A stretch of 32,000 nucleotides of DNA, taken from assembly GCF_000019605.1 (NCBI RefSeq), contig NC_010482.1, positions 1,500,001-1,532,000 of the forward strand, read 5' to 3'. How positions within the stretch are numbered: position 1 is the first letter of the stretch; each line of letters starts with the position of its first letter. The notes below the pieces were generated by a model that saw nothing but the letters and a program-made list of their open reading frames with translations, did no database searches and was not told where the DNA came from. The position numbers and the translations under genes were made by a program. The stretch is from Candidatus Korarchaeum cryptofilum OPF8 (GTDB lineage Archaea > Korarchaeota > Korarchaeia > Korarchaeales > Korarchaeaceae). Shown here piece by piece: positions 9,021 to 16,799 of the stretch.

Positions 9021-9036
9021 GAGCTCATATGAGCTT
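9021..9036. promoter_or_regulatory. 15/16 palindrome GAGCTCAT|ATGAGCTt between the elf1 TATA box and the elf1 ATG
   Basis: Read directly from the sequence. It lies 9-24 nt upstream of the elf1 start and just downstream (minus-strand sense) of TATAAAAG at 9041-9048, i.e. around the expected TSS. Confidence 0.35.
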
Positions 9037-9040
9037 CGAG

Positions 9041-9048
9041 TATAAAAG
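9041..9048 (-). promoter_or_regulatory. Candidate TATA box for elf1 (minus strand CTTTTATA)
   Basis: AT-rich octamer about 30 nt upstream of the elf1 ATG, implying a leaderless or very short leader. Confidence 0.4.
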
Positions 9049-9072
9049 CGGAGCTGATGGTAGGGTGAGGAG

Positions 9073-9080
9073 ATTTATAC
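9073..9080 (+). promoter_or_regulatory. Candidate TATA box for the polD-pcna-primase-gins-rpl44e-rps27e transcription unit
   Basis: ATTTATAC is centred about 27 nt upstream of ATG 9103, the spacing expected for a leaderless first gene. Confidence 0.45.
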
Positions 9081-9102
9081 CCCCTCCCTCCATGATGCCG
9101 GG

Positions 9103-12100
9103 ATGGATTACTTCGATACCCTGAGGAAGGGGATGGATGAGCTGCTGAGCGTAGCTAGGAGAGCTAGATCTCTAGGGCTCGATCCCAGCAATGATATCGA
9201 GATAAGCCTGGCCAATGAACTCCATGAGAGGATAGCAGCTCTCTTCGGCATCCCTGAGCTGGGGGAGAGGGTTAAATATTGGTTGGATGCTACGGGGAGC
9301 AAGCTGGAGACTGCCTTCAGGGTCATAGGTGAGATAGTACCCGGATATTATCTCAAGATAAGCTATGAGAGGAGAGCCGAGCTAGCTTTAAGGGTCGGGA
9401 TGGCGATAATAACTGACGCCACTGTCTCAGCTCCCATAGAGGGGATAAGTAAGGTCGAGGTGAAGAAGCAGGGCGGCACTTACCTCTCAGTGTACTACAA
9501 CGGTCCCATAAGGACCGCAGGAGGGACTGAGGGAGCGATAAGCGTGCTTATGGCTGATTATATAAGGCAGAGGCTTGGGATCGATAGATATAGGCCAACT
9601 CAAGAGGAGATAGAGAGGTACGTTGAGGAGGTCTCACTTTACAAGAGGATAGCCCATCTCCAGTACAATTCAGAGCCTAATGAAGTCAGAATAGCTGTAT
9701 CAAATCTACCAGTCGAGATAACAGGTCCCCCCACGGAGAAGGAGGAGGTATCATCTTTCAGGAACTTGCCGAGGGTCGAGACCAATAGGGTGAGGGGAGG
9801 AGCTGTCCTAGTCATAAACGATTGCATAATACAGAAGGCCAAGAAGCTGAAGAAGATAATAGATCAGATAAAGAAGATAGGGTTCGATGATTCATGCTGG
9901 GGCTGGATAGAGGGGAAGAAGGAGGAAGAGAGTGAGGAAGAAGCTGGAGGCTGCCCGGTGATTGAGCCATCTTACAAGTACCTGAAGGATGCTGTCATGG
10001 GGAGGCCCGTGCTTTCGCATCCCTCGAGGATAGGAGGCTTCAGGCTCAGGTATGGGAGGGCCAGGAATACGGGATTAGCTTCGATAGGGATGAATCCAGC
10101 TACAATGTATTTACTCGATAGCTTCATAGCCGTCGGGACTCAGGTCAGGATAGAGAGACCTGGTAAGAGCGCTGTCGTCATGCCTGTCGATTCCATAGAG
10201 GGGCCCACCGTCAGGCTCAGGGACGGGAGCGTAATCAGAGTAGATGATCCTGATGAGGCAATGAGGATAATGGATCAGGTAGAGGAGATAATACACTTAG
10301 GGGATGTGCTGATAGGTTACGGGGAGTTCCTGGAGAACAACCACCCGCTGCTGCCATCCGCATGGGTGGAGGAGTGGTGGGAGGCTCTAGTGAGGAGGAA
10401 GGGGCTCAGGGCTGTTAGGGGATTCGAGGATGCATTGAGAGCATCTAGGGAGCTGGATGTCCCTTTACACCCCAGGTTCACTTACTACTGGGAGCACATA
10501 ACATCGGAGGAGCTGCTCAAGTTAGCTGGGGCGATAAGGAACTCTGAAAGAGCTGAGATTGACTTAAATGAGGATATAAAGAGGATTCTGGAGCTTTTGG
10601 GAGTCCCCCATAGGGTTCAAAATGGTAAGATAGTGCTAGATGAGGAGGACTGGAAGGCATTGAGTTACATAGCATCCAAGCTGCCTGAGAGCTTAGAGCT
10701 CCCGAGGTACGCGACGATAAAGGTGCTGAATCAATACTTAGATGTCAAGGTCATGCCGAAGGGTCCAACGAAGATAGGGATGAGAGTTGGGAGGCCCGAG
10801 AAAGCGAAGCCCAGGAAGATGAAGCCACCTGTGAACCTCCTCTTCCCCGTTGGTAACTTGAAAGGTTCATCCAGATCCCTAGATCTGGCTTATGAGAAGG
10901 GGAGCGTTAACGTAGAAGTAGCTCTGAGGCTTTGTAGGAAATGCGGATCTAGGACGACTCTATTCAGATGCCCTAACTGCGGATCCCCCACTTATAAGAT
11001 CTCATTCTGCCCCATATGCGGGAAGCAGGTGAATGGGAAGTGTCAGGATCATCCTAACGCTGAACCAGTCCCTTACAGGAGCGTGAAGCTGAACATAAGG
11101 GAGGAAGTTGATAGGGCCCTCAGGAAGCTGGGGGAGAGCCCAGGTATATTGGAGAGGGTTAAGGGAGTCAAGGGGCTCACCAGCGGATCTAAGATACCTG
11201 AGCCCATCGAGAAGGGGATATTGAGGGCTAAGCACGGGCTCTCCGTCTTCAAGGATGGGACAGTTAGGTTCGATGCTGTTAACGCTGTGCTGACCCATTT
11301 CAAGCCTGAGGAGATAGGGGTAAGCGTTGAGAAGCTGAGGGAGCTCGGTTATCTGGAGGACGTCGAGGGGAAGTATTTGGAGAGGGAGGATCAACTATTG
11401 GAGCTGAAAGTCCAGGATATAATAATACCTAGGGCTGCAGCTAAGTATCTGCTATCTATCGCCAACTATATAGATGAACTTCTCGTCAAATTCTACGGAC
11501 TCGAGCCTTTCTACAATCTGAGGGACGAGAGCGATCTAATAGGACAGCTGGTCCTCACAATATCCCCACATACTTTCGTCGCTAACCTAGCTAGGATAAT
11601 AGGCTTCACCAATGCTGACGTAATATTCGCGCATCCCTTCCTCCACGCTGCCAAGAGGAGGAACGTGGACGGTGATGAGGATTCGATAATGCTAGCTCTA
11701 GATGCCTTAATCAACTTCTCCAGGGAGTTCCTCCCATCTAGCCCTGGAGGCAGGGAGGATGCCCCCCTCCTCCTGGTGACCAAAGTGGATCCTAAGTACA
11801 TAGATGATGAGGTCTACAACATGGAGGTCTCAGAGCTGCCTCCCGAGTTCTATGAAGCCACATACAAGTTTGAAGATCCATCTAAGCTCAAGGGGATTAT
11901 TGAGACAGTTGGAAGTAGAATAGAGGCTGGAGATCTCTACCCGAAGATAGTGGGATCGATAGAGACATCCAGGATGGATCTAGGACCCCTTCAGACGACG
12001 TATAGGAAGCTTGAGACAATGTCAGATAAAATGGAAGCTCATTTCTCCCTGGAGAGGAAAATAAGGGCTGTAGATGAGAAGGACGCTTTATCAAGGGCCT

Positions 12101-12450
12101 TAACTTCCCACTTCCTCAGGGATATAATCGGGAACTTGAGGAAGTTCGGGCAGCAGGAGTTCAGGTGCAGCGAGTGCAACGCTAAGTACAGGAGGCCCCC
12201 CATATCCGGGAGATGCCCCAGGTGCGGCGGCAACATAGTGCTGACTGTCCACAAGGGCACCGTGCTGAAGTACCTCAAGCCCACTCTCGAGCTCATAAGG
12301 AGGTACGGCATGGAGGGTTACCTCTCCCAGAGAGTGAAGCTGATAGAGGGCGAGATATCCTCCTTATTCAAGGAGGAGAAAATAAATTCAGCGGATCTAT
12401 CGAGATTCCTCTGCAATGAGAGGAAAGTGAAGCTAGTGGATTTCCTTTAG
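9103..12450 (+). CDS. polC: DNA polymerase D (Pol II) large catalytic subunit DP2 (1115 aa), no intein
   Basis: DP2-type N-terminus (MDYFDTLRKGMDELLSVARRARSLGLDPS...). Internal Zn clusters CRKCGSRTTLFRCPNCG...CPICG and CSECNAKYRRPPISGRCPRCGG. Extreme C-terminus is KVKLVDFL (PIP-box-like). Length is normal for an intein-free DP2. Confidence 0.93.
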   Translation: MDYFDTLRKGMDELLSVARRARSLGLDPSNDIEISLANELHERIAALFGIPELGERVKYWLDATGSKLETAFRVIGEIVPGYYLKISYERRAELALRVGMAIITDATVSAPIEGISKVEVKKQGGTYLSVYYNGPIRTAGGTEGAISVLMADYIRQRLGIDRYRPTQEEIERYVEEVSLYKRIAHLQYNSEPNEVRIAVSNLPVEITGPPTEKEEVSSFRNLPRVETNRVRGGAVLVINDCIIQKAKKLKKIIDQIKKIGFDDSCWGWIEGKKEEESEEEAGGCPVIEPSYKYLKDAVMGRPVLSHPSRIGGFRLRYGRARNTGLASIGMNPATMYLLDSFIAVGTQVRIERPGKSAVVMPVDSIEGPTVRLRDGSVIRVDDPDEAMRIMDQVEEIIHLGDVLIGYGEFLENNHPLLPSAWVEEWWEALVRRKGLRAVRGFEDALRASRELDVPLHPRFTYYWEHITSEELLKLAGAIRNSERAEIDLNEDIKRILELLGVPHRVQNGKIVLDEEDWKALSYIASKLPESLELPRYATIKVLNQYLDVKVMPKGPTKIGMRVGRPEKAKPRKMKPPVNLLFPVGNLKGSSRSLDLAYEKGSVNVEVALRLCRKCGSRTTLFRCPNCGSPTYKISFCPICGKQVNGKCQDHPNAEPVPYRSVKLNIREEVDRALRKLGESPGILERVKGVKGLTSGSKIPEPIEKGILRAKHGLSVFKDGTVRFDAVNAVLTHFKPEEIGVSVEKLRELGYLEDVEGKYLEREDQLLELKVQDIIIPRAAAKYLLSIANYIDELLVKFYGLEPFYNLRDESDLIGQLVLTISPHTFVANLARIIGFTNADVIFAHPFLHAAKRRNVDGDEDSIMLALDALINFSREFLPSSPGGREDAPLLLVTKVDPKYIDDEVYNMEVSELPPEFYEATYKFEDPSKLKGIIETVGSRIEAGDLYPKIVGSIETSRMDLGPLQTTYRKLETMSDKMEAHFSLERKIRAVDEKDALSRALTSHFLRDIIGNLRKFGQQEFRCSECNAKYRRPPISGRCPRCGGNIVLTVHKGTVLKYLKPTLELIRRYGMEGYLSQRVKLIEGEISSLFKEEKINSADLSRFLCNERKVKLVDFL

Positions 12451-12458
12451 GTGTCAGT

Positions 12459-12779
12459 ATGTTCTGGAGGAAGATAGGGGAGCTGAGGGATGGGGAGGTA
12501 GCTATACTCGGGGTCGTGATAAGCGTATTCGAGAACTGCATAATAGTGGAGGATGGGACGGGGAAGGCGAGGGTCTATCACGATAGGGCATCCGAATTCA
12601 AACCCAAGGATATAGTTTATGTGGTGGGCCTCCTCATATCCTCATCTGAGGAGTTCAGGGAGGTCCAGGCATACGCAATTGCAAACCTCTCAGGAATAGA
12701 TATAAGTCTGTTGAGGAGGGTAGAGTCACTGAGGAGGAAGGTGTACGAGAGAGTGGAGGGTATGAGGGATGGCCAATAG
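12459..12779 (+). CDS. Small OB-fold protein (106 aa), uncharacterised; possibly an RPA32/RPA14/Stn1-like ssDNA-binding module
   Basis: GEVAILGVVISVFENCIIVEDGTGKARVYHD...KPKDIVYVVGLLISSSEEFREVQAYAIANLS follows the PF01336-style OB pattern (v.v.G.V......i.DgTG.i.v......g..v.v.G.......i.a..i). GGTG lies 5 nt upstream of the ATG. The 3' end overlaps the PCNA start by 11 nt. Confidence 0.6.
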   Translation: MFWRKIGELRDGEVAILGVVISVFENCIIVEDGTGKARVYHDRASEFKPKDIVYVVGLLISSSEEFREVQAYAIANLSGIDISLLRRVESLRRKVYERVEGMRDGQ

Positions 12780-13521
12780 GGTGGTTTTTGAGGAAGCTGG
12801 TACGTTAAAAGCGATAGTTGAGGCTGTAGAATCACTAGTTGGTGAAGCTTCCGTAAAATTGGATCCAGATTTCGGTTTCGGGCTTCAGGCCCTCGATCCA
12901 TCTAAGACGGCCATGATACAAGTGAGCCTCCCCAGGGCTTACTTCATAGAGTTCGAAGCTGAATCCTCGAGGTTCTATGGTATAGATTTCACGGATCTAG
13001 CTAAGATGCTGAAGAGGGTCAAGAACAAGGAGAGAGTTGAACTAACGTTCACGGAGTCCCTGATGAAGATAACGAGCATGAACGGCTATAGGAGGGTCTT
13101 CGAATTTCCCCTGCTAGCCGGTACTCCCTTCGAGTTCAAGACTATAAAAGTGGATTTCAAGGCGAGAGCGAGGCTGGATAGCGATACCATACCGAACGTG
13201 ATAAAGGACCTGAAGATAGTGGGTTCAGATGTAGAGATATACATAGATAGTGAGAAAGTGGAGTTCAGGACGAACAGCGATAGGGGGAAGGCCGTAATAT
13301 CGATAACGAAGGAGGATAGAGCTCTTATAGATATCTGGGCTGAGGAACCGTCAAAGAGCCTTTACAATATGGCTTACTTGGAGAAGATGACTAAACCAGC
13401 TGATATATCGGAGGAAGCGGATATAGAGCTAAGGACGAATGCCCCCTTGAAGCTCAGCTACCCCGTGGGGGGGATAGAGGGGGCGGGGATCACATATTAC
13501 CTTGCCCACCTCCAGGTTTGA
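12769..13521 (+). CDS. pcn: PCNA sliding clamp (250 aa)
   Basis: Typical archaeal PCNA length and sequence (FEEAGTLKAIVEAVESLVGEASVKLDPDFGFGLQALDPSKTAMIQVSLP...). Confidence 0.95.
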   Translation: MANRVVFEEAGTLKAIVEAVESLVGEASVKLDPDFGFGLQALDPSKTAMIQVSLPRAYFIEFEAESSRFYGIDFTDLAKMLKRVKNKERVELTFTESLMKITSMNGYRRVFEFPLLAGTPFEFKTIKVDFKARARLDSDTIPNVIKDLKIVGSDVEIYIDSEKVEFRTNSDRGKAVISITKEDRALIDIWAEEPSKSLYNMAYLEKMTKPADISEEADIELRTNAPLKLSYPVGGIEGAGITYYLAHLQV

Positions 13522-14389
13522 GCTCCCCTTCTCGAAGGCTGCGGCTGAATTAATCAAGGACATGACTTTAGAGGACCTAGCTGAGGATCCTATGCTAGAG
13601 GAAGCTAGGAAACTCGCTAGAGAGAGGCTAATGATGGCTATAAGAGGGAAGGGATTCCACACAGAGAGGAGCCAGCCCCTAGAAGTATACTCATTCGTCG
13701 CAGCTAAGTTGATAGCAGCCGCAGCAGGTAGGACCGTGCTAGCTAGATTAGCTAACTATGAGGCGAAGAGGTTCATGAAGAGGTGTCAGGGGATGAGCTT
13801 GGATCAGCTCAAAACCATAGCTAAGGAGCTTGGCGTTGAGCTCAGGGAAGATGGGGAGCTCTGGATGGACCTAGCTAGTTACCTGAGGGGGGCATCCAAG
13901 ATAGGGGGAGGGAGGTGGAGGCTGGTGAACAGGGTAGTCTCGAGGGGCTTCGTACTCATAAGCAGGTACGAGCTCGAGAGAATCCTATCGGAGTACGTCA
14001 GGGAGAACGTGATGAATACGCCGCAAGTAGAACTGCCTGATAAACTGAAGAGGATAGCTGATGAGATTTCTGAGATCTCCTCGAAATCGAGGAGGCCCGT
14101 AGACATTAAAGGTGAGCTGCCTCCCTGCATAGAGGAGCTGATCGAGAAGGTGAAGAGGGGGGAGAACATAAGCCATCAAGCCAGATTCGCCCTCGCTTCA
14201 TCCTTACTCAGCAGGGGATGGAAGGAGGAGAGAGTGGTAGATTTATTCAGATCCCTCCCCGATTTCAGCGAGAAGGTAACGACATACCAGGTCTCCCATA
14301 TAGCTAAGAGGAGATATAAGCCCCCCAGCTGCGATACGATGAGGGAATGGGGCCTCTGCCCCGGGGATTGCGGGAGGAGGAGGGTCTGA
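13502..14389 (+). CDS. priL: DNA primase large (regulatory) subunit PriL (295 aa)
   Basis: C-terminal Fe-S domain with 4 Cys (PPCIEEL...PPSCDTMREWGLCPGDC) and HQARFAL. TTG start at 13502 overlaps PCNA by 20 nt. An alternative ATG lies at 13562. Confidence 0.9.
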   Translation: MPTSRFELPFSKAAAELIKDMTLEDLAEDPMLEEARKLARERLMMAIRGKGFHTERSQPLEVYSFVAAKLIAAAAGRTVLARLANYEAKRFMKRCQGMSLDQLKTIAKELGVELREDGELWMDLASYLRGASKIGGGRWRLVNRVVSRGFVLISRYELERILSEYVRENVMNTPQVELPDKLKRIADEISEISSKSRRPVDIKGELPPCIEELIEKVKRGENISHQARFALASSLLSRGWKEERVVDLFRSLPDFSEKVTTYQVSHIAKRRYKPPSCDTMREWGLCPGDCGRRRV

Positions 14390-15486
14390 TAGAGGAGCTC
14401 TTCAGGTCATACTACAGGTCGATGAGGGGAGCCATATACGTGAAGGACGTAGCTAAGAGGGAGTTCATGTTCAGGGGGTTCGATGGGAAGGTAAGGAGGC
14501 ACATATCATTCAAGGACCTGGAGGAGTTGAGGAGGCACTTGATATATGAGCCCCCTCTCGATGCTTACTACAGCGTCTCACTCTACGAGAGGCCGGAGGC
14601 TGAGATGGAGGATAAGGGTAGGATAAAAGCGGATCTACTCTTCGATATCGATTCCAGCGATCTGAGGGATGAGGGATGCGAGAGGGGATCTATATGGAGA
14701 TGTAAGAACTGCGGTAAATCGGGGATGGGGCTTAGCCCTCAGAGGTGCCCCAATTGCGGTTCCGATAGGATGGAGGTGAATCATTGGTTGAACGAGAGGT
14801 GCATAGAGGTGAGCAGGGAGGAAGTAAGGAAGCTGATAGATGTGCTGACGCAGGACTTTGGCGTAGACCCCGATTGGATCCTGATAGCATACACTGGGAA
14901 CAGGGGGTTCCACGTCAGAGTGACTGAGGGGCCCTTGACGCTACTAGGGAAGGAGGAGAGGAGGGAGATCGCTCAATACGTCATGGCGAGCGGCTTAGAT
15001 ATTTCAAGCTTCATAATTCCGGATGGGAGGGGATTCAGGATAGATCAGAGGAACGGCCACGTAGCTAGGGCCCTAAAATACATAGGAGAGCCCAGGGTGA
15101 GTTCGAGGGATAGGAGGAGGATGGAAGAGCTTCTCAAGAGCTCGATAGAGAGAGTGAGAGTTAAGGTGGATTGGATGGTCACCATGGATACTGGAAGGCT
15201 CACTAGGATACCCAATAGCTTGCACGGTAAGACCGGGTTCAGGGCATTGAGCTTAACTTTAGATGAATATAGGAGGATGAACCCGTTCAAAGATGCTATT
15301 GGCCTTCCAGCTGAGCCTGAGATGAAAGTGAGGATCAAGATGAAAGTACCGGCTTTCAGAATGAGGGATGAGAGCTTCGGGCCTTACGAAGAGGGCGAGG
15401 AGCGAATCCTACCAGCTTATGCGGCTGTCTTCCTGATCCTGAGGGGAAGAGCCGATCCGGTGGAAGGTAATTATCTTGAAGTATAG
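14347..15486 (+). CDS. priS: DNA primase small (catalytic) subunit PriS (379 aa)
   Basis: Catalytic LLFDIDSSD (DxD), Zn knuckle CKNCG...CPNCG, TGNRGFHV and SLHGKTG motifs. The annotated ATG overlaps priL by 43 nt; the true start may be slightly downstream. Confidence 0.93.
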   Translation: MGPLPRGLREEEGLIEELFRSYYRSMRGAIYVKDVAKREFMFRGFDGKVRRHISFKDLEELRRHLIYEPPLDAYYSVSLYERPEAEMEDKGRIKADLLFDIDSSDLRDEGCERGSIWRCKNCGKSGMGLSPQRCPNCGSDRMEVNHWLNERCIEVSREEVRKLIDVLTQDFGVDPDWILIAYTGNRGFHVRVTEGPLTLLGKEERREIAQYVMASGLDISSFIIPDGRGFRIDQRNGHVARALKYIGEPRVSSRDRRRMEELLKSSIERVRVKVDWMVTMDTGRLTRIPNSLHGKTGFRALSLTLDEYRRMNPFKDAIGLPAEPEMKVRIKMKVPAFRMRDESFGPYEEGEERILPAYAAVFLILRGRADPVEGNYLEV

Positions 15487-15976
15487 GGAGATAATAAGGG
15501 AGGTAATTCTAGCCATCTCGGAGGGTAAGGTGAGCCCCTCCCTAATAGCAGAGATAAAGGCCGCTGAGGAGTCCCTATCTAAGGACCTACCGAAGGGCTT
15601 GGAGGGGAGGGTCTACGCTAGAGCTTCGGAGGTTCTGAGGAACCTGAGGATAGAGTTAGAGAACTCGATGAAGCTTATGGATCTATTCATTAAAGCAGCT
15701 TACGGGGCTGAGCTAGAGTCAATCGAGAGGAAGCTGAAGGCCGATGAAGTGGTTAAGGAGGTGGTGGAGGAGAGGGCTTACGGGCCCCTGGGTTCCATGG
15801 CCATGTCACTAGTAACGTTTAAAACTCAAGTACCCAAGTTCGTTGGTGTGGACATGAGGGTGTATGGTCCCTTCTCCGAGGGTGACATCGCGTTGATACC
15901 TGAGGAGAACGCTCAAGCCCTCAAGTCTAGCGGGGCTGTGGAGGTGATGGAGGATGCAAGTTCCGGAGAAGATTAA
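15476..15976 (+). CDS. GINS subunit, Gins51/Gins15-like (166 aa)
   Basis: Helical N-terminal half followed by a C-terminal beta-domain motif VPKFVGVDMRVYGPFSEGDIALIPEENAQALKSSGAVE. Position immediately after priS matches the known priS-gins15 linkage. TTG start overlaps priS by 11 nt. Confidence 0.65.
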   Translation: MKYREIIREVILAISEGKVSPSLIAEIKAAEESLSKDLPKGLEGRVYARASEVLRNLRIELENSMKLMDLFIKAAYGAELESIERKLKADEVVKEVVEERAYGPLGSMAMSLVTFKTQVPKFVGVDMRVYGPFSEGDIALIPEENAQALKSSGAVEVMEDASSGED

Positions 15977-16232
15977 CACATACTGCCCTAGGTGTAAGAA
16001 GCACACCTCTCACAAGGTCTCCCTCTATAAGGCTGGCAGGGCGAGGAAGCTCTCGTGGGGCCAGAGGCAGTTGGAGAGGAAGAGGAGAGGTTACGGTGGC
16101 GAGCCCAGGGGGATGCTCAGGAGGAAAGCTAAAACTACGAAGAAGGTTTTGCTGGTCCTCACATGCGAGGAGTGCGGCAGGAAAGTTATGAGGAACCTGG
16201 GAAGACTGGCGAAGGTTGAGATACAGAGGTGA
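15954..16232 (+). CDS. rpl44e: Ribosomal protein L44e (eL42)
   Basis: [49 protein letters not shown]...CEECG is a classic L44e Zn-ribbon protein. A strong SD, GGAGGTGATGGAGG, directly precedes the ATG. Confidence 0.95.
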   Translation: MQVPEKINTYCPRCKKHTSHKVSLYKAGRARKLSWGQRQLERKRRGYGGEPRGMLRRKAKTTKKVLLVLTCEECGRKVMRNLGRLAKVEIQR

Positions 16233-16236
16233 TCGC

Positions 16237-16437
16237 ATGAAGGAGCTAATCCCCTTACCTAAGAGTTACTTCGTTAGAGTGAGATGTCCCAAGTGCGGGA
16301 ACGAGCAGATAATATTCTCGCATGCATCCAGAGTAGTCAGGTGCCAGGTCTGCGATGAGGTCCTAGCGAGGCCCAGGGGAGGGAAGGCCGAGATTTTAGC
16401 CCCTCAGATGGAGAAATTGGGGGCTAAAAGCTACTAA
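16237..16437 (+). CDS. rps27e: Ribosomal protein S27e (eS27)
   Basis: [54 protein letters not shown] prefer ATG 16237 over the upstream TTG 16216 from the ORF track. Confidence 0.92.
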   Translation: MKELIPLPKSYFVRVRCPKCGNEQIIFSHASRVVRCQVCDEVLARPRGGKAEILAPQMEKLGAKSY

Positions 16438-16448
16438 TCTTTTCCTTT
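16438..16448 (+). terminator. T-rich tract (TCTTTTCCTTT) directly after the rps27e stop; candidate archaeal oligo-T terminator
   Basis: Read directly. This is the first real intergenic gap after 7.3 kb of abutting genes. Confidence 0.3.
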
Positions 16449-16526
16449 AGGGGATTTTGATCTTAGCTCATTATGATCTGTAGCAGTAATCCATCTGAAC
16501 ATTTGCTCAGTTTAGCTTAAATCTGA

Positions 16527-16790
16527 GTGAGATTAAAGCTCATCGGTGATAGCTTGGAGAAGCCCAGCGTAACTGTAGATGCCAGGGGTCTGACGTGCCC
16601 CGGCCCCCTGACTAATCTGATAAAGGCCTATAGGAAGGCCAATGTGGGCGATATAATAGAGATTTTAGCGACAGATCCAGGATTCAAGCCGGACTTAGAG
16701 GCTTGGGCTAGGAGGACTGAGAACGAGATAATAAGCGTATCAGAGGAAGGAGGAGTTATAAGAGCCCTGATAAGGGTCAAGAAGAAGTAG
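16527..16790 (+). CDS. tusA: TusA/SirA-family sulfur carrier protein
   Basis: VDARGLTCPGPLTNLIKAYRKANVGDIIEILATDPGFKPDLEAWARRTENEII carries the CPxP active-site motif and the ATDP signature. The likely true start is the in-frame TTG 16554, preceded by GGTGAT with a 4-nt spacer (78 aa). Confidence 0.85.
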   Translation: MRLKLIGDSLEKPSVTVDARGLTCPGPLTNLIKAYRKANVGDIIEILATDPGFKPDLEAWARRTENEIISVSEEGGVIRALIRVKKK

Positions 16791-16799
16791 GGGATTCCC

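Noticed and set aside
9103-12450. Check for inteins or Hint domains in DP2, and likewise in RpoA, RpoB, PCNA and AlaRS.
   Set aside because: Protein lengths are normal for intein-free versions, and no block A/B or terminal HN-type motifs interrupt the conserved regions.
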